NCBI GenBank assembly: GCA_000934665.2
Contig: KZ538255.1
Span: 62,001-90,935, forward strand
Reading direction: 5' to 3'
DNA: 28,935 bases
Source: Catajapyx aquilonaris
Taxonomy: Eukaryota
Under the pieces are notes generated by a model that worked only from the letters and a program-made list of their open reading frames with translations, did no database searches and had not been told where the DNA came from. Both the position numbers and the translations under genes were made by a program. Shown piece by piece: positions 1 to 11,843 of this stretch (positions are counted from its first letter, which is position 1; every line of letters begins with the position of its first letter).

Positions 1-26
1 GCAGCGCAAGATTGATGGTGACAAGT

Positions 27-889
27 TTATTGATCTCGTACGGTGTAATTGAATTCTGGTTCGGTTTTGGGTAGTACATCCGGTTCGGTTGTTAGTTGGA
101 CAGGGTGTTCATCCGCATTTGGCTGTTCGCTGTACAGTTCGCCATTGGAGCTGTCCGAGGAGTTCCTTCCTTTGAAAACGGGATCAAAGTGGCTTTTGAC
201 GTGACGCACAAAGTTGGAGATGATCCACCGCTTTCCATCCCGTTTGGTACTCGTCTGTAATGGACAGGAATGAGCATTTTGTACGGTACGTCCAACTGTG
301 CCGCACTTACTTGCGAAACCTGAGTACGTCCGTGACATATAGGACAGTTGACGTGCGCTGAAAGTTTAAGTTTCTGCCCGTCTGTTGTATCGGATGCTAT
401 GATTTCCACAGCCAGTTCCTCGCCCACACAGTCGGGCACGTACTTCATGAGCCATGCCGTAATTAGCTGCTGCACTTTACATCTCTCCTCATCCGGTCCG
501 ACAGACGCTGCTGCTGTATCCTCTGTGGTCTCCGCATGACTCCGCTTCTTCCGAGGCGGCTCAGCCCTCGTCTCCTTGAAGTACTCCAGCGGCTTCTGTG
601 TGCAGTGATCCTTGATGGCCTCCAGCAGATGCATGTGTCCGGGAAGGATCTGGAACTTGTGCGGCCTCTCGTGGAATATCCCAAATGCAATCTTCATGTC
701 CCCCTGCGGCACCAGGTCCTTCATCTCTGTCCGGGCGAACATGAGCATCTTCTGGACGTCCTGCGCGTCCATCAGCCTCACAGACACTGGGTTGTCGAAC
801 CCTGTGATGGACATCAGGTGCTTCAAGTACGGAGGCATCGTGATGTCCAGATCACGGCTTATTATGTCCCAAAAGGGGCTGTCCTCCAT
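27..889 (-). CDS. Uncharacterised ~268 aa protein with a C-terminal BED-like zinc finger (2 exons: 889-311, 254-27)
   Basis: A 56-nt GTAAGT...TACAG intron (310-255, phase 0) joins ORF 92..931 to ORF 27..338, giving CPICHGRTQVSQ|TSTKRDGKRWIISNFVRHVKSH (CxxC...W...NF.RH...H). A splice acceptor lies just upstream of the MEDSPFW ATG. Confidence 0.6.
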
Positions 890-899
890 TGCCTGGAAA

Positions 900-2370
900 T
901 GATTACAAAATTGACTACACTGTGAAATCATGGAGTAATCAAGGCATGTAAATCTTGCTAATTACGGAGTGTAATCTGGGGGGCATACGGCAAGGCCTGG
1001 AAGAGCGAAGGAGACTACTGGTGGGAGCCATCTCGAGTAAGCGATGAGTGTAATCATGATGATTACAGTTTAGATCAGTCAGATTACTCGTACCTGTTAC
1101 GTATGTGCCATCATCATTATGATTACACAGATTATTACTTGTCAACTAATGTATTCATCACGAAACTGTAATATCATCATGATTAGACTCAGACCACCGT
1201 GTCCTCACAGTCTCCATTGCCCTTCCAGGAGTTGTAATCATCCTCATGATTACACTGATTACTCTGTAACGATTGTAATCATCACGAAAAACTGTCATGA
1301 TTACCCTGATTTATGCTAGTTACGGCAAGGTTACGGTATGTGTCCTTCCAGGCTTTGTGACCATCTTGATGATGAAGGACATGATTATCGTAATCATCTT
1401 GATAACGTGCTAGTTATTGTAATCATCATGACTATTGAATTACTCGGCAATTATTGTAATCATCACCAAACTTCAATCATCATTAGGCTAATTACTCGGC
1501 ATTGCCAGTTACATGTACAAGTGCCCTCGTAGTGTCCTTCCAGCATCTTGATGATGATGGTCATGATTATTGAAATCATCATGATTACACAGATTACTCT
1601 GTAAGTAATCATGAAATTGTAATCATGATTTCAATGATTACTGGGTATTGCCAGTTAGTGTCCTCGTAGTGTCCTACTTCCAGGCTTTGTAATCATCATC
1701 ATGATTACACTGATTTTACTGGGTAATTAGTGTAATCACCACCAATATGTAATCCGTTAACGCTGGTTATGTGCAGCCTACAGCGTAACAGAGACTGTGA
1801 GGCCACTGCAGCGTCCTCGCAGTCTCCGTTGCCCTTCCAGGCTTTGCAATCATGATTACACTGATTACCACACATATGGTAATCACCACGAAACTGTAAT
1901 ATAATCATATGATTACACTGATTACTCGAAAATTATTGTAATCATTACAAATCGGTAATCATGATTACTCAGTTGTGCGTAGTAGTGTATTCACAGTCTG
2001 CGTTGTCCTCTCTCCTGTAAGCATCGTCATCATCATGGAAATCATGAAATAGTCATTACTCTGCAGTTGTAATCATCACCAGCAAACATGATGAAGCTGT
2101 AATCGTCATGAACTCATGATGATTGGGGGACTCACTCTTCCGATGGGCTTCCTCTCCTCTCCAGTTGTGGTCTCCTCCTCCTCCTCTTGCTTGCGGTGGT
2201 CTCCTCCTGTGCTCCAGGCCTAGCCGGACTCCCCCCTGGATTACACCCTGATTACCCCTCCTGATTACCCTCGTAATTAGCGCCATTTTGTGTCCCGCCC
2301 TCCCCCACCCACAGCAGATGGCAGCACCGCTGGGACCCAACATGGCAGCCACATGAGTAATCACTTGAAA
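900..2370. repeat. Degenerate tract of TGATTAC/GTAATCA motifs in both orientations
   Basis: Dozens of gattac and gtaatc words, often as gtaatcatgattac-type palindromes, plus recurring ccttccaggctttg segments; no credible ORF. Confidence 0.8.
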
Positions 2371-2453
2371 TCATCATCATCAGAGAGAGACAGGAAAGGG
2401 TGTGGACACTTCTCCTTATCCGGTTGAGAGGACACTTTGAGGACACTCCAACA

Positions 2454-3170
2454 ATGCCGGTGAGTGCAACGTTTTCATGGAGGGTACAGTATGAGTGTGT
2501 ACATTTGCACTGTGCTTGTTGCAGGCGTACCACTCCCAGTACCTGCACCCCCCTGCGCTGGTGGGGAACATCGCAATGCTGCCCCTCCGCACGCAGTTCA
2601 GGGGGCCAGCGCCAAAGGACAACGGGGACATGGACGTCATAGACGAGGCCATGAACTACTTCAAGGCTAACGTCTTCTTCCGCACTTACGAGATCAAGGT
2701 TGGTACGGCTCACCTTTGCGCCCTGCGCTGCTCTCACATGCGCACGTTATACGCAGAACGAAGCGGACCGTCTCCTGATCTACATCACGCTGTACATAAC
2801 GGAGTGCCTGAAGCGCCTGGTGAAGACGTCCAACCGCAACCAGGGAGGGCAGGAGATGTACAGCCTGGCCATATCCAAGTTCGACATCCCAGGGGAACAA
2901 GGGTTTCCGCTCAACTCCGTCTACGCCAAGCCTGCCACCACGCAAGAAGCAGGTACTTGATCGCTCCTCGCTTCCAATTCCAGAGGCGTAACGCTTCGGC
3001 TTCTATTTCCAGACCTGATGCGCCAGTACTTGCTCCAAGTGCGGCAGGAGACGGGGAACCGCGTGTGCGACAAGGTCTACCACACGGAGGACGGGAAGCC
3101 CTCCAAGTGGTGGCTCTGCTTTGCCAAGAAGCGCTTCATGGACAAGTCCCTCTCAGGACCTGGACAGTGA
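2454..3170 (+). CDS. ARPC3: Actin-related protein 2/3 complex subunit 3 (p21-Arc), 177 aa; exons 2454-2459, 2525-2698, 2757-2952, 3013-3170
   Basis: Spliced product MPAYHSQ...[17 protein letters not shown]...[33 protein letters not shown]...[18 protein letters not shown]...[23 protein letters not shown] matches ARPC3; all introns GT-AG with consistent phases. Confidence 0.97.
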
Positions 3171-3273
3171 TACCAGCCATTTGATAATAATTGTTATGTG
3201 CGTCTTGCTTAAATCGATTCAAGAGCGGAAACTGCCATTGTTACAAGTACGCCCCCCCAGTAAACAAGTTTAA

Positions 3274-3410
3274 GGCTGTTGCTTACATGTGAGCGACATA
3301 ATCAGCGATGAGCGATGAAGCCAATTGTTTGCTTCCAAAACGCGATTGTTACTTTCGCGCCAAACAATTGGTTTCATTGCTGATCATATCGTTCACATGT
3401 AAACACAGCC
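3274..3410. mobile_element. Hairpin MITE, PIF/Harbinger (Tourist)-like
   Basis: Ends ggctgttgcttacatgtgagcga / tcgttcacatgtaaacacagcc are imperfect inverted repeats; internal ccaattgtttg/caaacaattgg arms; flanked by TAA at 3271-3273 and 3411-3413. Confidence 0.7.
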
Positions 3411-3809
3411 TAAAAATCGCATATATCCGAGATACAAGAATGAAAGTTGTTGTCTGCATGCTTGTGGTAATTAAGAATAATAAATAATTACAGTTTTATT
3501 GTGGCTCGGTGTCGTCACTGAAATCGGTGACATTCAGGCAATTTTCCATAACAGTTTCTTTATTCTTTAATTGACAGGTATACAAAACGGAATTGAGACA
3601 TATTTACTTGTTACACATGCTTCAACGAATAGTTTAATTCACAAGTAGTGAGTTTGGTAAGCAGATGTAATTAATTATATCTGAATTCTCTAACAATACG
3701 TTACATAACCTTCCGTACATTGGCCGCAGCTTGATTATTCACAGTTGCGCTTTAAGTTCTCATGACCGTTCTCAACATGAACTTATCAAGCATGCGAGCC
3801 GCTTGACCC

Positions 3810-4622
3810 TTAGTGCATCTGCACCTTTGCCCTGATGGCAGCCCTTTTCCCCGTGACGGCCTTGAACCCTGGCTTGACCTGGGTCACCGTGTATTTGGAG
3901 AGGCAGTCCTCGCACTGTAAGAAGAGCAGACGTGCCTCCTTCTGCAGGACAGTGTTTGCCGAATGGCATGTGTGGCAGGTGACGTACTCCCGGATGTACC
4001 TCCGCAGCACCGTCTCCATCTGCATCTGCTGGAACCTCCCTCGCACCACCAGGCTGTTGTTGGAGTCCACCGATCCCGTGGTGCCCAGCTCGGACAGAAA
4101 GTAGTCCAGCAAATGCTTGGGCTTCCGATGAAGAGCCTTGCAAGCCTCCCAGAAGTTGACCATCGCCGTCTTCTTGCTGCCAATTCGGATGACCTATTGA
4201 GAAGGATGTGATTAGAGCGTACATTGGGGGGGGGGCAAGACAGGGAAACAAACCTGTGGCGGACGCATGACAAACTTCTGGTTGACTCCGGACTTGATAT
4301 TTGGGTTCTTCTCGCGCATTGTGTCGACTGCGCGCTTCAGTAGCTCATCGTATGTGTAGTCCTCGTTACCATCCCGGCACCAGCCTTCCGCCTCGTCTCC
4401 CTCCGTCTTGTAACCGGAATCCAAGAACAACTCGTCTGCACAGTTCCTCTTCCTCCGCTTCTTCTTGGATCCTAAAAAGTCCAAGTCCAAACTGGACAGC
4501 ACTGAAGCCACCTTGTCCACATCCGGCTCCACGTTCTCCTTTCCGCATGTCTCCACAGCCTTCCCCATGACACTCTTCTTCTTCTTCTTCTTAACCGACA
4601 TATCAAACGTAACTTCCTCCAT
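3810..4622 (-). CDS. EIF2S2: Translation initiation factor eIF2 beta subunit-like, ~250 aa, divergent; exons 4622-4254, 4193-3810
   Basis: Lysine boxes KKKKKK and [46 protein letters not shown]...LQCEDC C4 zinc finger, [10 protein letters not shown]; 60-nt GT-AG intron in phase 0. Confidence 0.92.
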
Positions 4623-5039
4623 ATCTGCAAGTACCTAAAAAGTACATGCAATTATTGACAGTTGTGATGCAACTTGTGAAACACACTGTTGGTGTTACAT
4701 CATTTTTGAATTATCCTTACTAATTGTTTTAATTTTTTTTTGGCTAGCATTCAAGTGTACACGGTACAACAGTATGTTCTGCACTCACCTGAAGTCTTGC
4801 TCTTGGGACACCCCCAAAAATTGCTTCAGAAGAATCTTCAGATCGCTTCAGACCTGTTTGAAAGTGTTCGATTTGCGCGCCTTTATAACTAACATTTTTA
4901 AAAATAAAGCATAAAAAGGTTAATAACCTCAATATATGTATGAATATAAGTAATGTAATTAACAAATTATACACACGTTATAATTAGCTAATTAGTTTGA
5001 GCAGGTTTTTTTTGCGGTTGGCACCATTGGCATGTAATC

Positions 5040-5052
5040 CAAGATGGCGCCG
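5040..5052 (+). promoter_or_regulatory. YY1/Pho-like motif in the divergent promoter region between eIF2-beta and the zinc-finger gene
   Basis: CAAGATGGCGCCG resembles the YY1 consensus AAGATGGCG; it lies between two head-to-head genes. A similar CGCCATTTTG lies at 2281-2290 upstream of ARPC3. Confidence 0.35.
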
Positions 5053-5297
5053 ATTCGTTCCAAATTTTTGTTCTGAAGCTGAAATTTCCAAGTTTCTGAC
5101 GGGTAATTAGACGTGTAATTAGACACCAGGATTACTAGAGTCGGATACAGGACATGCCAGCCATGCTCTGTACTGTCAGCGAGAGTAAGTGAGGCTCAGG
5201 TGGTTCGAAACATTTGTTGTTAACTCTATGGTTTTTCTCACACAGAAATGTTCTTCCAATGCAGCAGCTGGGGTTGACATACGTGGCCTGTAGGACC

Positions 5298-6408
5298 ATG
5301 GCATCGTTTGGTGTGAGGGTGAAGAAGGAGGAAGAACTGGAGGAAGATGGGAGCGTAACGGTGGAGGAGACATGGCAGTTGACCCTGAAGGAGGAGGCTC
5401 CGTCACGCTTCGTAGAAGACACGCTGCGGGAGATCAAGCAGGAGGGAGCGGAAGAGGAGGAGGAACAGATGGTGGTGGACACGTGTGGCGCGGTTGACGA
5501 CCAAGATGACCCATTGGGAGTCTTTTCCGGAATAATCAGTGGGGTACGTCCAGCTGAAGTATTGCAATGGTGATTAAAACAAGCTCAGTTTTTCTGATTC
5601 ACTATTTCAGATCGGGTCGGAGACCACTGAAGATGGAGTAGGAAAGAAGGGGAGCTGCCGTTATTGCCAGCAGAAATTCCGCAGTTCAAGTGACTTGAAA
5701 ACTCACATGCGAAGTCATGCTGGGAAAACAACATTTCAGTGTGATATGTGCCAGAAATACGTTCCTTGTCTAAGCAAGTTGAAACAGCACATGCGGATTC
5801 ATACGGGAGACAAGCCATTTAGTTGTGAGGTGTGCCTGAAAAAATTTCGCAGTTCAAGTAATTTGAATGTTCACATGCAAATTCATGCGGGAGTGAAACC
5901 AATTCAATGTGATGTGTGCCAGAAAAAATTGTATCACACGAGGAATTTGAAACGGCACATGCAAAGTCATGTGCGAGAAAAACCGTTTAATTGTGGTGTG
6001 TGCCTGAAAATATTTCGCAGTTCATGTACTTTGAAAGTTCACATGCAAATTCATACGGGAGACAGGCCGTTTAATTGTGACATGTGCCAGAAAAAATTTG
6101 GTGATTCGACAAACTTGAAATATCACATGCAAAGTCATACTGGAGAGAGACCGTTTCAATGTGAGGTGTGTAAGAAAACTTTTCCTCTTGCAAGGAATTT
6201 GAAATGACACATGCAAAGTCATAACGGAGACAGGCCATTTAAATGTGAGGTGTGCCAGAAAAAATTCGGTGAGTCAAGTAGTTTGAAATATCACATGCTA
6301 TGTCATACGGGAGAGAAACCGTTTCATTGTAACATGTGCCAGAAAAAATTTCGCTGTTCCAGTCATTTGACATTTCACATGCGAGTTCATGCAACGGAGC
6401 ATGTATAA
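5298..6408 (+). pseudogene. C2H2 zinc-finger gene (acidic N-terminus, 9 fingers) with an in-frame TGA at 6205-6207; truncated allele or pseudogene; exons 5298-5543, 5611-6408
   Basis: Phase-0 intron joins MASFGVRVKKEEEL... to IGSETTED...CRYCQQKF; nine CxxC-x12-HxxxH units with TGEKP-like linkers; finger 7 reads ARNLK*HMQSH and the same frame continues through two more fingers. Confidence 0.8.
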
Positions 6409-6551
6409 TTACTGTTGAGTCGTGCAATAAGAAATTAAGTAATTCACCATCATGAAATGTGTGAGATTGTGTGGAAAGGTTTGCTTTCATTTCACCAGTA
6501 CCATAATTATGTGAATGAACCATTTTTGAATGTTTCCGCGCCAGTGAGGAC

Positions 6552-7110
6552 ATGTATGGGTTGCACTATAAGGAGTTTGTGGGAGACGGCGACTCCAGTG
6601 TCCATAAAAACCTCCTGGAGCGTGTGCATTACGGCCATTTAATTACAAAAATTGAGTGTGCCAATCACTGCGTTCGGAATTACACCGGCATCTTCACAAA
6701 TTGGCTGCCAATACAAAGTTGGACTGCAAAGGCAGGAAGAGACTCCAAGGCCTCATACCACGCCTTACAGCTGCAGCACGTGGAGCCATCGCTAACTGTG
6801 CTGCGGCGGGGGAGAGCATTCAACAATTGCAGGAAGACTTGCTGTTGAATGGGCCCAGCCACGTTTTTGGCAACCACGCCAAATGCTGAGAGTTGTACTG
6901 CAAGAGGAAAGACTTGCTAGAGGAGAATCATGTACCGGAAGTGAAGACGGCCCGGAAGATCTGGCAGACATTGAGAAATCAACACGGCAACAAAGTCAGT
7001 TATGGGACACTCACCATCGTCCTTGCTTAACGGCGTCAAACTTCGGCGAGGTATGCAAAAGGAAGAAAGACAGACCTGGCGGACCACTCGCCAAGAGACT
7101 GCTGAGTTCG
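6552..7110 (+). mobile_element. Decayed DNA-transposon fragment: Kolobok/Mutator-like DDE transposase core followed by a YqaJ-like nuclease N-terminal motif
   Basis: YKEFVGDGDSSV and KIECANHCVRNY, a frameshift near 6685, then LLNGPSHVFGNHAKC*ELYC, then in another frame STRQQSQLW...LTASNFGEVCKRK. No TIRs identified. Confidence 0.7.
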
Positions 7111-7988
7111 TCCAAAGTTTTCATCCAAAGTAGAAAAATGTGAGCTTAGCGAGGGTTTTTCTAGTCAATATTTAATGACACATGCTTCGTATTCATGTAT
7201 TTTATTCATGCATCAAGACAGACTAATTTAAAAAAAGGTGAACATATGGACATGGACATGACGACAAAATAAATATTAATTAAATGCTTACGTCGGGCTT
7301 GACTACAACTCGTCACTGTCTAGGCAATTGCGGCTTGCACAGAGTTGGCCACACCAATTATTACGTGCAATCCCCAGATGTTGCGTACATTTCGACCAAA
7401 GTTGGAGCGTATTGCGTAAGAGTAGTTGCGTATAATATTTGCAGAAATTCATTCTTCAAGCAGTAGAGTGGTTAGCGACGTGTGTGTAAAAACTTTTTGG
7501 CAACTATTCCTGTATTATTAGGAACATTTTACATATATCGTAAAGTCATGGAACAAGTCATGAAGCATTGCTGACGTACTGGAAAAATATTAGTGGCAAC
7601 AATGATAGTTGCGTAAAAGTATGTGATTCTCTGCTGGTCATTTCCCGACAATACTACAATTATTCTAACCTCGAAAATGCACAGGAATATTCTGCGGAGA
7701 CAAAGCTCTTTGTGTACGCACTCCCATGAGCTAGTTCGTACCACCTAGCAGTACATCTCTCACAAGCCTACGTTGTATAGCACCTGCTGATGTATATCAC
7801 AGAGGAATTTTTTTAACAATTAATGAACAATAGCTCTCTCACACATATCTCTCGATGGATGCCTGCAAGCATCCTACGTGAAGGACAACTCTGTGCGAGC
7901 CAGCAACAAACAAGTTAAAACGATCCTTAGTCAGATCCCAAAATCACATGTTGTCATCAGCTGATCAGTCGGCTCAATCGGCCGATAG

Positions 7989-10900
7989 TCAGGTAGTGTC
8001 GCTGTGTATGCTGATGCTGGTCATGTCGTGGCAGAGACGAGACTCGCTCATGTCCTCGGCCAGGACCTCGATTATATCCAGGAGGAGGTCCCTGCTCAGC
8101 GTCTTTATCCTGGAGAGTCTGGCAACCTGGAACGGGACACGGTGGACGTTGAAAATGAGGTACGGATCAAATTGTGCCCCGATATTTACCTTTGGAAAGT
8201 GATGCACAATCAGGTTGAGGGCATACTTCTTCATGTCCTGCGCCTGGATTCGATCTGCAGCTTCCAATATTTGGATCACGTTCTCGGAGGTGACGTTCAT
8301 CTCGAGGTTTTGCTTGCAGAATGCCTGGAAGTATTCGATACGATATGCTCAATTCGTCAAAACACAAGTGCGGTACATCTGTTTAGGGTTCCTCGTAAAT
8401 GCAAAGCGCTCTCGGAAAGTTCCAAAAGCAACGTGAAATGGTTCTGTTCTGTTTTCTGGAGCGTGATGCTTTCATAATGAATGAGCCACAAACCTGCAGC
8501 CGATTGTTGGTGAAGCCATAAAAGAACGGGGCGCTGAACAAATAAAGGGAATCTTCTGGAGGCATGTTGACTTCTCCGTAGTAGATGTACCGCATCAACG
8601 AGTCGAAGCTCTGCCTTGAAGGGATCATCTCGCCAATCTGAATCTGAAACAATCGTGACGTTAATCATACAAAATTTAAGAGATAATCATCTCAAGTATT
8701 GTGCTACGACAACAGCTGACTGATGACGACGCGAGAAATTAAAGTGTCTAAATTACATGAACAATGTTGTCTTCCGGCATGAAGGAACGAAACATGGCTT
8801 CGAAGTAGGAGCACCTCGCAGCCAGTATCGCCTTATGGGCAGGAATCGGAACACCGTCCAACATTAGCGTGATGTCGCAGAAGTCACGTCCAGTCGACTT
8901 CAGAAACAGCTCCATGTCCTGTTCCAGCGACGTGCCTGCACCAAACATGATTATTCACCTGGAAGTACACATTCCGCCAAGTACTTACCGCATGAGTCGA
9001 ACTGCGGCTCAGTGATGACCCTGGAGTGTGGCATCTGCCTCCTCCGAATGATCTCCACCATCAAGGGCTGGTCTAACGTCTCAAACTCCTTGCTCATCAC
9101 AATCTGGGTGTAGTTGGTGTCTTTCACCACAAACTTCAGGCAGAATTCCTTCAGAAAGTAGAGCTTCAGGTGGGACGCATTGCAGAGGGCCTCCAGAACA
9201 TTGTGGTGGTTGATGGTGGCTTCGAGGTACTGGATGCACAGCTGCTCCAGGCGTCGCATGTGGAACTGGAAAATGGGCAACGTTCGTAGTTAAAAATTTC
9301 GTATGTTTCAATGGTCGATCTATTGTAGACCTTGCACATGTTGGAAAGCAAGAGTACCTGCACGGCCAATCTGTATACGTCCATCATTAGAAGCACGATC
9401 TTATTGCACGCAGGTTCCTTGCCTGAAAGTTCACGCTTGTTAATATTCATGCTCATGGCCTAATCGAGTCGGAACTGACTTTTTCCAGTGGGGTCAATCC
9501 TATCCGTGTAGATGTAGTTCAGCACCATCTGGAATGCTTCGGGTACAGCGTCCTTCAGATGCACCTGAAGCGCAGGAAGGTCCTTGCTGTTCAGACTGCT
9601 GTTGCTGCTGTTGCTGCTCTTCTCGGACGCTCTGTCTCTGGTCTCTTTGGCTTGTCGCACTTTGTTCCGCAGCCACTGCGATCTGGCCGAGACCAGTGCG
9701 ATGTGCGCACCCACTTGTACTTCCTCCGACCCAACAGTGAACTCCACGTCCTGCAACTGCTTGCTCTCCAGCAGCTTCCCGAAGTCCTCTTGCAGCGTGC
9801 ATTTCGGATAGCACGAAAACTGCGGGTTGAAATGGGTCAGTGAAGGGCCAAGTATGACAAAATAATGTGAACGCACCTGAAATCTGTACATGTCTCCGCT
9901 CCTGACGTTGTTGTCGACAGTTCCGCCAAAGACATACATTGCATCCCCAACAACGGCAGCTGCATGAAAGAGCCGCCCTGACGGCACCTGCGAGTCGGCA
10001 GCTGGCTGGACAATATACCACGTCTGGCTGTCCAGGTCGTAACAGTGAAGATCATTCGGAAGGGTGCTGTCTGCAGCTCCTCCAAACACGTACAGATGAC
10101 GGTCAAACGCCACCATGGTGTGGCCATAGCGGCGGGTCGGAGGTGGCGGTGCGCCACGGAGTATATGCTCAGTGGAAATACGTGTCCAGCTATGGCGTCG
10201 CATTATTAGTACAAGTTCAACGGTCCCGTAAAGTAAATGTCTTACAATTTCTCTCGGAAGTGGAACTGGAAGAGGCTGTTGGTGATCTTAGCCCCACTCT
10301 GCCCGCTGAACACGAACATAGAGTCACGAGCAACGGCCACTGGGAAGTTGCAACATGTGGGCGGACACTCGCCCCCTTGCGCCACCTCCTCCCAGCACTT
10401 ACTATCGCCCTGGAAAAAAACTCATAAGCACACCGGACAGATGGCCATAAACTGACGGCATACCTGAAGCGATATGGTCCACATGTCGTTCAATCGAGCA
10501 TTCCCATCGTATCCAGCAAAGATCCAGAGCTTCCCGTCGTACACAGCGCTGCCGTGAGCCGACCGTGGGACGGGCGTCCTACAAACATGATTATAGCAAC
10601 GGCAGTACCGCGAAACCGTAAAGTGCACTTACTTTCCAGCAAATTTCCACTCGGTCCATTGCCCCGTGTGAAACTTGTATTCGAAAAGGTCATTCTTGTT
10701 GGTCAGATTGGAGTTGGAATGGATGTCGCCCGTGTAGCCTCCAAACACAAACATGGAATTGTTGTGAACCTGCCGGGAAAATATCATCAGGCACCTGCTC
10801 TTTGGTTTACGTACTATAAAAATGTCTCACCACTGCGGAGTGGTGATATCGTGGCGCGGGAGGCGACCCGGTGGAGAACGCTCGCCCCCACGACTTCTCC

Positions 10901-11201
10901 TTGACGTCGAACCTCAGCAGGTCATTCAGCATGCTCTTCCCGTTGTCCCCTCCAAACACGTAAATGGCCTCCTTGTACGCAACCACCGTGTGCTTGCTCC
11001 GCCTGCAATTAATCCACACCTTACAACCTCCCCTAGTTACGACAACACGTGTCCTCACCTGGCCCCGACAAACTCGTCGCACTCCGGCATCATCCTCCAG
11101 CGATGCACAGTCTCGAACGGACCGAAATCTAAAGTGAGACACTCTGCAGACTCTGGCCACCCATGCTCAAAGTCCATCTGCAACGGCTGGGCCATGGCCA
11201 T
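7989..11201 (-). CDS. LZTR1: Leucine-zipper-like transcription regulator 1 (Kelch repeats plus two BTB-BACK), about 13 exons
   Basis: [16 protein letters not shown]...[126 protein letters not shown]; short GT-AG introns. Confidence 0.96.
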
Positions 11202-11843
11202 GGCTCATCCTGAAAAAGGATGCTCTTTAAGACGTGCCTGACAGGTGCTGTTTTCACCACTGATTAATTAATTAGTGAGCGGTGGCAGCTCGTTAAGTCT
11301 CCCATGGAGCATTCATAATGCGACATATTGGACACCCTCAGCGATGCTTTTGCAGTTGGTGCAGTTGTTCCTTTGTGATTAGTACACACTAATTAATTAA
11401 CTGTCATTTAATTAATTTAATTAATGAGTAATGTGACAGCACCATGCGGAACACTCTTGTGCGGAAGGTGCTGCGGCTTAATATTTCCTAATAAGCAGCA
11501 GTCACTACTGATCTAATTAGACGCACTGCATGCTCCTTACTCTATTAATTGGTTGATTAATTAACAAGAAATTAAGAGCAGAAGAGAGAGACATTCTCAC
11601 CCACACACTAATCAAGTAAAACAAACGATCGATCGAACACTGATGATGCTATCGAGCAACTATCGAGTATGGACTCAGCTGCTACGCGACATCGCCCCCC
11701 TTGTTTTTAAATCGGCTATAACAGCTACATGAATAAAGCAGCGATTTGTAGCAGTTCAAAGTTCAAAAATATGAATGTTGGGAAAGTTTATTGAAATTGT
11801 TTATTGTAATGGTCATATTGGGGGACCGCATGAAGTACAATTC

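Noticed and set aside
939..2364. Short H/D/Y/N/I-rich ORFs on both strands
   Set aside because: Translations of the GATTAC repeat tract; no domain or splice logic.
6205..6207. TGA as selenocysteine or programmed readthrough
   Set aside because: The position is a helix residue (Arg/Tyr in sister fingers), not a Cys ligand; no SECIS recognised; a point mutation is simpler.
9500..10021. Poly-Q, poly-C and poly-L ORFs overlapping LZTR1
   Set aside because: Alternative frames of the Ser/Asn-rich AGC/AAC run in the real LZTR1 exon.
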